DNA of 24,518 bases from Octopus sinensis (taxonomy: Eukaryota): the NCBI RefSeq assembly GCF_006345805.1, contig NW_021836550.1, positions 1-24,518 of the forward strand. Reading direction: 5' to 3'. The notes below the pieces were generated by a model, which had not been told where the DNA came from, searched no databases, and saw only the letters and a program-made list of their open reading frames with translations. How positions within the stretch are numbered: position 1 is the stretch's first letter; every line of letters begins with the position of its first letter. The position numbers and the translations under genes were made by a program. Shown in pieces: positions 11,911-22,699 of this stretch.

Positions 11911-12698
11911 AAGCAAAATAAAATGATTCAAAAATATAAAAAAAACAATACAAAATCTGATGTAAGAATGTAAATTTAACAAAAATAAGAATATAGAATA
12001 AACAAGCAATACAAAAAAAAGCAAAAAAAAACCCCCAAAGCAAACAAATCCGAAATCACAAATGAAAGTGTTTTCGTCAAGTGCCCCACAAAATCTGTAG
12101 AAAGGTAATCACAGACAAGATGGGTAGAATATTTGTGGAGGCGGTGGTTGGGGTGTGATAGAAGGGAAAGGCTGGAAGCTAGCGATAATAGGACGGGTGT
12201 TTGGGGTTGTTTTGAAATGTGAAGAATTCGGAGCTGATGTCGGTTGTCGTTGTTGATGTCATTGTTGTTGGTGGAGGTGGTTGTTGCTGGTTGTTCTCTG
12301 ATGTTATTGTTGTTGCTGTTGTTGTTGTTGTTGCTTGGTTTCTGGACTGTCTTAACTTCCAGCATATCTGTAATCAAAGAATTAGTGATCGCAGAGAATA
12401 TTGTCGATGTGGTGCTGAGAAGTTCGTTGTGCAACCTTGCGATTTTGAGCTCGGTTTTAGGTAATTGGTTCCTCTTATATATATTAGCTACAGAGGCAGT
12501 ATTAATACCAAGAGGTTCTCAATGCCTTGTGATTGAAATTGGTTGATAGAAATTGTGCTGAAGATCGTCAATTATGTATTTTTTCTTGATCTCTTTTAAA
12601 TCTAGATTATAAAAGATTATAAAAGAGAGCGTCTTATTTTGTTCATCGTCCTTTAAATCTTAAGAAGGTCATGCAGATTCTATGTATTTGTGTATCAG

Positions 12699-13420
12699 AC
12701 AAACCTTCAGGTATGGAGCAAGAGTGAAGAACACTCCTGTCCGTATCATCTCAACAGTTGTCCTCCCAGAGCGTTAGCTGTTGACCGCTTCCGCTGGCGA
12801 CATAGCCAGGTATTCAAGGCGTTTGATATTAGCAGTCGTTCAATCTGATAAATACCACCGTAGGAAGAAATACGTCTCTTTTCTCAAAGCTGGGGAAAAG
12901 CTCAGTTCACTGAAGTATCAATGGCAATGCTTACTCTCCACTGGCACAAGTGACAATTGACAGTGGATCGCGCGAATAGTTAATATCCCCTGAGCTCACT
13001 TCATCCAAATAATTATCTTTTCAAATTCCACAAAACCTGTGATCATGTAGGAACTGTCTGTGTCCCGGGAAGAACACACGAAAGAGGCTTATGAGAGGAA
13101 GCTTTCAAATACCTCGTGCTAGTATAGTAGTGCAAATCTGTAGTTAAAGTGGATTACCGGGGTTTTGTGGGGCTTTCACTCTGTAAGTTTCTGTCTAAGC
13201 ATGGCGTTACTGGTGCAACAAAGAGGAGGGCCATAAGCTATAGAGAAAGCCACTAGGTTTGAATAAAAAGAGCAGACCAACTGTTTGCTGCGGCTGAGAA
13301 GTAAACCGGGACTCGACCAAACTTGGTTGAGTTAACTGGACAAGGGGAACTGATGTTGAAACAGATGAAATTTCCTCAAACATCAGAAACATCACTGACG
13401 ATGCACCACTGAGCGGCCAT
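12699..13420 (+). mobile_element. 3' relic of an R2-superfamily non-LTR retrotransposon (HERO-like), zinc-knuckle and restriction-like endonuclease region
   Basis: TNLQVWSKSEEHSCP..HLNSCPPRALAVDRFRWRHSQVFKA; SFLKAGEK; IIFSNSTKPVIM*ELSVSREEHTKEAYERK; VDYRGFVGLSLCKFLSKHGVTGATKRRAI. Confidence 0.8.
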
Positions 13421-13458
13421 TAAATGTGTTTTGGAACAATATGTGTGTGTGCGTCTGT

Positions 13459-13517
<59 letters not shown>

Positions 13518-13526
13518 TATATATAT

Positions 13527-13705
13527 ATAGTTAATCCAAACAAGAAAACACAGAAAAAAAACACACACGCGAGGACGTGGAACATAAAGTAAGTATTTTA
13601 CGCTCAGGAAAGAAGGGAAGGAGGGTTTAATGTTTCGAGCGGAGCTCTTCGTCGGAAACAAAGGAGAAGAAAGATCCCGAGAAGGGAAGACAGAGGAAAA
13701 AAATA
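13527..13705 (-). mobile_element. Short T-rich hammerhead-bearing element ending in (TA)n
   Basis: Shares GAAGAGC..GCTCGAAAC and downstream TTCCTGAGYG..AATAC with 22600-22790. Confidence 0.6.
13625..13659 (-). ncRNA. Minimal type-I hammerhead motif (U4C core variant)
   Basis: GTTT-CCGACGA-A-GAGC(TCC)GCTC-GAAA-CA-TT-AAAC. Confidence 0.6.
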
Positions 13706-13740
13706 TTTTTGCAGGTGGTGCTCAAGAGATCACATGTTGA

Positions 13741-13780
<40 letters not shown>

Positions 13781-13812
13781 GGGTTACATCAGCTACATTA
13801 GTACATAAAGTG

Positions 13813-14021
13813 GTGTGTGTGTCTTTGTGCCTGTGTTTGTCCCTTATCACCGCTTGACAACCATTGCTGGTGTGTTTACGTCCCCGTAACTTAGCGGTTT
13901 GACAAAAGACAGCCAATAGAAGTACTCAGCTTAAAAAAACAGAAATACTGTACTGGGGTTGATTCTTTCGAGTAAAATTCCTTAAGGCGATGCCCCAGCA
14001 TGGCTACAGTCTAACGACTGA
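13813..14021 (+). mobile_element. SINE family B, diverged 3' half
   Basis: GCTTGACAACC..GGTGTGTTTACGTCCCCGTAACTTAGCGG..CCAGCATGGC, matching 17817-18030. Confidence 0.8.
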
Positions 14022-14281
14022 TATGCACACACACACACTCACGCACGCACATACACAAGCACACACGCGCGCACACGCACACACGCGCGCACACGCAACA
14101 CGCACACGCGCACACGCACACGCACAGCGCGCACACAAATATATATACATACGCATATATATATACATACGCATATATATACATATACTTATATACATAC
14201 ATGTATATGTGTGTATATATACACATACGTATATAATAATAATAATATAATAATAATAATAATATAATATATAATAATAAT

Positions 14282-14764
14282 AATGCAGTACCAATGTCCT
14301 GATGGCAGTACCAATGCCTGATGCAGTACCAATGCCCTGATGCAGTACCAATGCCCTGATGCAGTACCAATGCCTGATGCAGTACCAATGCCCTGATGCA
14401 GTACCAATGCCCTGATGCAGTATAAATGCCCTGATGCAGTCACCAATGCCCTGATGCAGTACCATGCCCTGATGCAGTACCATGCCCTGATGCAGTACCA
14501 ATGCCCTGATGCAGTACAATGCCCTGATGCAAGTACCATATCCCTGATGCAGTACCAATGCCCTGATGCAGTACCATGCCCTGATGCAGTATAAATGCCT
14601 GATGCAGTACCAATGCCCTGATGCAGTACCAATGCCCTGATGCAGTACCAATGCCCTGATGCAGTACCAATGCCCTGATGCAGTACCAATGCCCTGATGC
14701 AGTACCATATGCCCTGATGCAGTACCAATGCCCTGATGCAGTACCATGCCCTGATGGCAGTACC
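14282..14764. repeat. Minisatellite, ~26 units of 19-bp AATGCCCTGATGCAGTACC
   Basis: Units counted by eye; 18-20 bp variants; unit equals the terminus of the adjacent element plus AAT. Confidence 0.95.
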
Positions 14765-15300
14765 AGGCAGTGGCTCTCATGGCTTCTGATCTTAACTGAT
14801 TGGAAGTGTTATCATGTACATTGTTTTGTCTTGGTATAAAAGATGGGCTCAGCAAATATTCTGCTCAATACCACAGATTTGCTTGTCAGTTGTTTGACCA
14901 TAACCAGTTGAGCATGTCCCTAGTGGCTGACGATATGTGCATCTCTGATCACGAGCAGAAGTAGTGGGGGAGCATCATAGCCATGTGTTGAGAAGGATTC
15001 TTTGGGGTTTGAATAATTCACCTCTGGAAACAGGGTGTTTCGTTCAACGTCCTTAAACAACCCTTATTCAGGGACCTTTTGAGCGGGATGGGTTACTCGA
15101 TCTGAAGAAAATTCTAACTGGGCTCCACCTGCAAGGTCATGTGCTGCTTATCTTGATATGAGATCACCATGTCGCGCACAATATGGTTGTGATGCATGTG
15201 CCTGGTGTACCCTTATCAGACGGGTAGTCATGATGGGTATACTGGGCTTCGTATATTTTACCCCAGTGTCACTTTGATGGCATGCTCTGCTCGCTCACTC
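14746..15300 (-). mobile_element. ~555-bp (AAT)n-embedded element, copy 1
   Basis: Same ends and internal sequence as copies 2 and 3; minus-strand terminal hairpin TGCCTG-GTACTGC(C)AT-CAGGGCA. Confidence 0.85.
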
Positions 15301-15336
<36 letters not shown>

Positions 15337-15352
15337 GATAATAATAATAATT

Positions 15353-15902
15353 TGCCCTGATGCAGTACCAGGCAGGGCTCTCATGGCTTCTGATCTTAAC
15401 TGATTGGAAGTGTTATCAGTACATTGTTTTGTCTTGGTATGAAAGTGGGCTACAGCAAATATTCTGCCAATACCACAGATTTGCTTGTCAGTTATTTGAC
15501 CTAACCAGTTGAGCATGTCCCTTAGTGGCTGACGATATGTGCATCTCTGATCACGACAAAGTAGTGGGGGAGCATCATAGCCATGTTTTGAGAGGGATTC
15601 TTTGGGGTTTGAATAATTCACACCTCTGGAAACATGGGTGGTTCTTTCAACATCCTTAAACAACCCTTATTCAGGGACCTTTTGAGCGGGATGGGCTACT
15701 CAACCTGAAGAAAATTCTAACAGGGCCCCACCTGCAAGGTCATGTGCTGTTATCTTGATATGAGATCACCATGTCGCGCACATATGGTTGTGATGCATGT
15801 GCCTGGTGTACCCTTATCGACGGGTAGTCATGATGGGTATATTGGGCTTCGTATATTTTACCCCCAGTGGTCACTTTGATGGCATGCACTGCTCTCTCAC
15901 AC
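15353..15902 (-). mobile_element. ~555-bp (AAT)n-embedded element, copy 2
   Basis: Flanked by (AAT)n on both sides. Confidence 0.85.
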
Positions 15903-15950
<48 letters not shown>

Positions 15951-15970
15951 TATAATAATAATAATAATAA

Positions 15971-16524
15971 TGCCCTGATGCAGTATCAGGCAGTGGCTCT
16001 CATGGGTCTGATCTTAACTGATTGGAAGTGTTATCATGTACATTGTTTTGTCTTGGTGTAAAAGATGGGCTACAGCAAATATTCTGCTCAATACCACAAA
16101 TTTGCTTGTCAGTTGTTTGACTTTAACCAGTTGAGCATGTCCCTTAGTGGCTGACGATATACGCATCTCTGATCACGAGCAGAAGTAGAGGGGGAGCATC
16201 ATAGCCATGTGTTGAGAGGGATTCTTTGGGGTTTGAATAATTCCCCTCTGGAAACATGGGTGGTTCTTTCACATCCTTAAACACCCTTATTCAGGGACCT
16301 TTCGAGTGGGATGGTTACTCGACCTGAAGAGAATTCTAACTGGGCGGCCCACCTGCAGGACATGTGCTGTTTATTTTGATATGAGATCACCATGTCGCGC
16401 ACATATGGTTGTGATGCATGTGCCTAGTGTACCCTTATCAGACGGGTAGTCATGATGGGTATACTGGGCTTCGTATATTTTCCCCGTCAGTGTCACTTTG
16501 ATGGCATGCACTGCTCTCTCACTC
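15971..16524 (-). mobile_element. ~555-bp (AAT)n-embedded element, copy 3
   Basis: Flanked by (AAT)n on both sides; private substitutions. Confidence 0.85.
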
Positions 16525-16566
16525 AATGATAATAATAATAATAACGATGATAATAATATAATACTA

Positions 16567-16604
<38 letters not shown>

Positions 16605-16619
16605 TAATAATACTAATTA

Positions 16620-17340
16620 ATGGCAGTTTTATGTGTTTGTGAATTTGTTACTTTAAATCCTCCGAGATTATCCAGCAGAACTTGATGAAACTTGACACGT
16701 GTGATGAGGTTATGCCCGCACATGGAATTTTTTTAAAAGTCGATTTTGAATCAGCATCGATTTTTCAAAAATCGTAAAATTTCCGCATTTTTCGCACTAG
16801 CCATCGTGACATCAATTTGGCGAAAAATGCCGAAATTTGACGAAAAATGTTTCATGGGTATAAACAGACAGCTTATTAACGGTAATCTATTTAGCTTTTA
16901 CTAATTCTTAATTTCAAGACGAATTGCTTTGATTTGCTAAGACTTAGTATTTCAATTCGTTGTCTTAATTCCCCAGCGTTTCAGGTTTTACATAGGTAAG
17001 CGCATTTTATTTCTCAAACAAAATTTAGGCATTTTGCGCTCTGGCCGTCGTGACATCAATTTGACGAAATCTGCCCCAAAGCGTAAAATTTCGCCATATG
17101 TCTTATGGTAATATATTTTCTTAAAATATGGTATATACAACTGAAGATCGAAAAATGTGCTTCTAAATTAAATTAATTTTTTAAAACTTTGATTTATCTA
17201 GTTTGTACATTAATCGTGAAAGTAGTTTTGTATTGACCACGGTAATTAAAAAATAGACGCCATTTATTCTGCTCGTCTTACATCATTTTCGTGTCAAGGA
17301 ATAAGTCCGTTTGTTTTTATTTTATAAACAACGGCCATTC
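16620..17340. mobile_element. Probable non-autonomous DNA element with ~45-bp internal direct repeats
   Basis: GCC(A/G)TCGTGACATCAATTTG(G/A)CGAAA at ~16800 and ~17044; TTGATGAAACTTGACAC motif reminiscent of Helentron-associated repeats. Confidence 0.35.
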
Positions 17341-17493
17341 AACATGTTGGAGTTCGGCGTTAACTGCTCTCTCTCCCTCTCTTTGTCTTCATATATATAT
17401 ATATATGTGTGTATAACTTGCCGCTATCGGCCCAGCGACAGATTAGAAAGCGTGTTTGAATGTGAATGAAATCTGTTTCATATATATATATAT

Positions 17494-17713
17494 AATTGCA
17501 GCGTAGAACGTGTTTATAAGCCATTTAAGAAACACACAAAATCCGTTAAATTCACTTCAACAATTCCGTGCTACATCTGAATTTTGTCAGTGAATATGTC
17601 GCGGTCTCAAAGCACGAAAATATTTTGACAAATTAAATTTAAATGTTAAAGTGAATCTAACGGATTTTGTGTGTTACTTAAATGGCTTATAAACACGTTC
17701 CACACCTGCAATT
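17494..17713 (+). mobile_element. ~220-bp element with ~70-bp inverted arms enclosing a hammerhead-like fold
   Basis: 17506-17562 vs 17644-17700: 54/57 reverse-complement identity; AATTGCAG extends both arms. Confidence 0.8.
17583..17632 (+). ncRNA. Hammerhead-like motif with G3/U8 core variant
   Basis: TTTGTCA-GTGAATA-T-GTCGC(9 nt)GCAC-GAAA-ATAT-TT-TGACAAA; 7-bp stem I, palindromic stem III. Confidence 0.5.
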
Positions 17714-17768
17714 TTTTTCGTTCCAGCAAACGATCTCAGATCAGGCGACTTGCTATGCAAGTACATCT

Positions 17769-17816
<48 letters not shown>

Positions 17817-17818
<2 letters not shown>

Positions 17819-18190
17819 CTCTTTCACTCTTTTACTCTTTTACTTGTTTCAGTCATTTGACTGCGGCCATGCTGGAGCACCGCCTTTAGTCGAGCAAATC
17901 GACCCCGGACTTATTCTTTTGTAAGCCCAGTGCTTATTCTATCGGTCTCTTTTGCCGAACCGCTAAGTAACGGGACGTAAACACACCAGCATCGGTTGTC
18001 AAGCAATGCTAGGGGGACAAACACAGACACACAAACACACAACACGCATATATATATATAAACATATATAGACGGGCTTCTTTCAGTTTCCGTCTACCAA
18101 ATCCACTCACAAGGCATTGGTCGGCCCGAGGCTATAGCAGAAGACACTTGCTCATGTGGTTGGTAAGCAAGCTACTTACCACGCAGCCAC
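17817..18190 (-). mobile_element. SINE family B, near full length, B-box region deleted
   Basis: GACACTTGC joins directly to TCATGTGGTTGG; (TAAAAGAG)-type tail. Confidence 0.9.
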
Positions 18191-18194
18191 ACAG

Positions 18195-18232
18195 ACTTCA
18201 TATATATATTATATATATATATATATATATAC

Positions 18233-18269
<37 letters not shown>

Positions 18270-18945
18270 AATATATGTATATATATATGTATATATGTAT
18301 GTATATATGTGTACACACACACGCGCGCGTGCATATATATGTATATACATATACATGCGCGCGTGTGTGTGTGAGTATGTATGTATATGGTATAAGAAAT
18401 ATGCCACAACCTCTTTTATGAAATGTTGCTGTTAGTTTAGTGACCTGTGATATGCTAAGTGAACCTTTCTGTCCGGGCATACAAAGTAACACCTTCTGAA
18501 GGCTTAGACCCAATGGCACGTAAAGGAGCGATGTCGACAAGTTTATGATAATAATAATTATTATTATTCAGCTTAAATACATACACAAACACAAACACAT
18601 TCATATATGCTTACAACCCCAACTATCTACCCATTGATAGACAGACAGACACGCACTGACGAACAGATATATGTATGTATATATGTGTGTGTGTGTATAT
18701 ATGTGTGTGTATACATATATATATATATGTATGTATATATATATATATTTCTAATCTATCGCTGGGCCGATAGTGGCAAATAATGTATGTATGTATGTAT
18801 GTATGTATGTATGTATGTATGTATGTATGTATGTATGTATGTATGTATGTATGCATGTATGTATGGATGGATGGATGTATGTATGCATGTATGTATGTAT
18901 ATATATATATATAATATATATATATAATATATATATAAAATTTAA
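18195..18945. repeat. (TA)n/(TG)n/(TATG)n microsatellite clusters
   Basis: Directly visible, interrupted by ~250 bp of unique sequence. Confidence 0.9.
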
Positions 18946-19203
18946 TACAAAGAAAATAATTTCATTTACAGGGATAGGAAAACATCCAATTTTCCACTGG
19001 TTTTTTCAGTAAGTACCCAATATGGTAGAGAAAAATCTTTTCACAACGTCAAAAGGGTGTATATTCAATATACAAAAATTACGAGTGACATATTTTAAGT
19101 ATAATTTACTAACATAATATTATATTACAATAAATATAATATAATATAATATAGTATGAACAGATATACAAATATCAATCTTACAAAATATAAATTTATT
19201 CCT

Positions 19204-19554
19204 TACTCTCTCTCTTTACTCTTTTACATGTTTCAGTCATTTGACTGCGGCCATGCTGGAGCACCGCCTTTAGTCGAGCAAATCGATCCCAGGACTTATT
19301 CTTTGTGAGCCTAATACTTTATTGTATCGGCCTCTTTTGCCGAACCGCTAAGTTACGGGGACGTAAACACACCAGCATCGGTTGTCAAGCGATGTTGGGA
19401 GGGGGACAAACACAGACACAAACCACACACACACCACACACAACACACAACCACACACACACCACACACATATATATATATAATATATTATATATATATA
19501 TATATATACATATACGACGGGCTTCTTTCAGTTTCCAATCCACTACAAGGCATT
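19204..19554 (-). mobile_element. SINE family B, 5'-truncated
   Basis: Near-identical to 17817-18120. Confidence 0.9.
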
Positions 19555-19635
19555 AATAAATCTATTAAAAATTCATACTTATAGGTATGAATCACTTCAG
19601 CGGAAATATGTAAGTATTCATCTATCTACTTTACA

Positions 19636-19820
19636 TATATCCATCCTACTATAGGCACAAGGCCTAACATTTTGGGGAAGGAGGAAAGTCGATTACCTGG
19701 ATCCATTGCTCAACTGTTAGGTCATTTATCGACCCTGAAAGAGTGAAAGCAAAATTTGAACTCAGAACGTAAAGAATGTTGCGAAACATTTTCTCAGACA
19801 AGGCTAATGATTCCGCCACA
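19636..19820 (-). mobile_element. Old SINE related to family A, with a different tail
   Basis: TTTATCGACCCTGAAAG..AATTTGAACTCAGAACGTAA shared with family A. Confidence 0.65.
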
Positions 19821-19840
19821 GGTGGCGTGATAACCACCAC

Positions 19841-19999
19841 TTTTACTTCTCTTTTACTTGTTTCAGTCATTTGACTGCGGCCATGCTGGAGCACCGCCTT
19901 TAGTCGAGCAAATCAACCCCAGGACTCATTCTTTGTAAGCCTAGTACTTATTCTATCGGTCTCTTACGGGGACGCAAACACACCAGCATCGGTTGTCAA
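19841..19999 (-). mobile_element. SINE family B, 3' fragment
   Basis: TTTTACTTGTTTCAGTCATTTGACTGCGGCCATGCTGGAGCACCGCC. Confidence 0.9.
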
Positions 20000-20498
20000 T
20001 ACTTGTAATGGGTAAGAGTTAGTGCTTCTTTTCCTATCTTCGACCTCATTATTTCCATAAACGTATTCGTATACAAATCTTCGTAACCTTCAGTGCTGGC
20101 TCTGAATCCTACCGAGAATCTGAAGAGATAAACCTAAAACTGAGAACATCGTATTGCTAACACAAAAGTAAGGCACAGCATTGACTTGTAAGACCTTTAA
20201 TATACTTGGTAGTATACGTATTATGGCTGCAAAAAAGAAATATTGTGTGCTTGCGAGCGGTGAATATTTTCGTGCTAGCTTCAAGGAATGTGTTGAACAT
20301 GTAAATTGTTCTATCCAATAGCGTTACATCGCTAAGATTAGTGGGTTTTATGCAATTTATTGGTGGATAGTTGATGGGTTGGATGTGGTACTGATGAAAG
20401 AGCAATAACTCTCGAAATATGCATGTACACGCATTACCTGTGTTTTCTATCTTCGATCGCATAGGTTGCATAAGCATATGTATTATGTATGTATGTAT

Positions 20499-20542
<44 letters not shown>

Positions 20543-21114
20543 ATATATATGTACGTTTGTGTTTATATTGCTAATCACAGTTTTTTATTCTCTGCAATTC
20601 TCAAGCGTAATCCAAACATCAAAATATAATCACTTCTTTCAGATCTTACCGAAATTCTAATCAACGAGAACTGAAGAATGTTAGAGTGTGTTATCGGTGT
20701 TGTTGTTATTGTTGAGGCTATTGCTGTTGTTGATTTTTGCTTTAAATATTTCTTTCATAACTTCGATACTACACGAGGATTACGTCATCAAACGCATTAG
20801 TTATACAAACGGTTCGCAGAAAAAATAACTTGGCTATCAAATATATAAACATACATAAAATACGTAGCATTAACAATTTATTCGGTGGTTACTCGGATAA
20901 ATAAATAAACAAATATATATATATATATATAAAGAAATTAATGACTAGTTAAATAAATAAAGCAAGTAATAGGAGAAACAATAAGAGAATTATAATAAGA
21001 AATAAAGCAAACAATACGCCAGCAGTGTGCTTGTAAGTAAACAACCGGTATTTTCATCGAAATTGCAGACATTGTTTATTACTCAGGAGCGGAGATTCGC
21101 AACTGGCAGTATGA

Positions 21115-21252
21115 TACGTACATACGTACGTACGTACATACGTACGTACGTACGTACATACATACATACATACAGACATCAGACAGACAGACAAATATAC
21201 ATGCAAGCATACATACATACATATATACATAGATACATACATGCATATACAC

Positions 21253-21330
<78 letters not shown>

Positions 21331-21371
21331 GTCTGTCTGTCTGTCTGTCTGGTTGTCTATCTATCTATCTA

Positions 21372-21408
<37 letters not shown>

Positions 21409-21650
21409 ACACAGAAATATACACATATACATATATATGTCTGTTCTGTGTGTATACACATATATGTATATATCTATATTTACATACACACACACACACA
21501 CATACACACACACATATATATATATGCGCCCACAAGCTCACATACATATATATACACATGTACACACGTACGCACACCCACACACATACACACACACACA
21601 TATATATATACATACACATGTATATCATACATGCATGTATGTTTATATAA
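21115..21650. repeat. Compound (TACG)/(TATC)n/(TGTC)n/(CA)n microsatellite
   Basis: Directly visible. Confidence 0.95.
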
Positions 21651-21930
21651 TGTGCTGTTCCGTCATTAGTGGGATCAGCTTTAAAGCACCCCATCCAGTG
21701 AGAGATACATTTCATTTAATGATTTAAATTCGAGCTACTGTTAGTGCCAGGGTGTGAATTTCGCAGCAATCTTTCGAACTCAGATATACAGTGTTCATTC
21801 TCGTTTATTTATTTTTTTTTTTTTCCTCAAAGACATACCATATTTGAGTCTGAAAAATTGCTTGGAAACACACAGCGCGCTATACAAGCTTCTCCGATCA
21901 GCTTGAAAGTAATATAACTCGAATTTAAAT

Positions 21931-21942
21931 CATCTATCTATC

Positions 21943-22030
<88 letters not shown>

Positions 22031-22490
22031 GTCTGTCTGTCTGTCTGTCTGTGTATGTCTGTGTGTCTGTGTGTGTGTCCGTCCGTCTGTGCGCGCGGCT
22101 GTATGTTTGTCTGTCTGCTTGCCTGCTCGCCTGCTTGCCTGTCTATGTGTCTGTGTGTCAGTGTGTTTGTCTGCCTGTCTGTCTGTCTGTCTCTCCTACA
22201 CCCCACAGCATCACACGCCTCCCCCACCTCCCCACAACATCACACCACACCACACTACACTACACCATACAACATTACACATCACATCACAACACACCAC
22301 CCACACACCCACAACACACCACCAACACACATCCCCACATCTTTACACCTACACATACATACACACATCACAACACACAACCCACACACCCATTCCCACA
22401 TCTCCACACCCACACATACATATACACACACGTCCAGACCACCAGCCCTCTTTCACACGCACATACATACTCTCTTATACACACACGCAC
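21931..22490. repeat. (TATC)n, (TGTC)n and CA-rich low-complexity tract
   Basis: Directly visible. Confidence 0.93.
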
Positions 22491-22661
22491 CTTTGTGTTG
22501 GGGGCTCCTTCGTATTGGAGGTCATCGTGACCTTGTTATCTCCCCTACTTCCCCTCTCCCGTCTGACCATTCTGTCCGAAGTCAGACGCCATGATAGATC
22601 GTTAGCTACTACACACATTTTTTTCTCTACTTGTTTCTCTCCTTGTTTTTTTCTCTGTGTA

Positions 22662-22699
22662 TCTTTCTGCCGAAGAGCGTAGGCTCGAAACGTAAAAGA
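22662..22699 (+). ncRNA. Minimal type-I hammerhead motif (A6C core variant) in a short T-rich element (~22600-22790)
   Basis: TCTTT-CTGCCGA-A-GAGC(GTAG)GCTC-GAAA-CG-TA-AAAGA. Confidence 0.65.

Noticed and set aside
13340-13380. Hammerhead in the LINE 3' UTR (GGAA-CTGATGT..GAAA-TTTCC)
   Set aside because: Core lacks A9, no stem II, and no room for stem III plus the UH site.
14282-14764. CRISPR-like array, or tandem hammerheads (CTGATG)
   Set aside because: No unique spacers, eukaryotic context; the motif is CTGATGC with no GAAA or stems.
14004-14855. 283-aa ORF with repeated VLHQGIGTASGHWYCIRA units
   Set aside because: Translation of the 19-bp minisatellite; the period is not a multiple of 3 and units carry indels.
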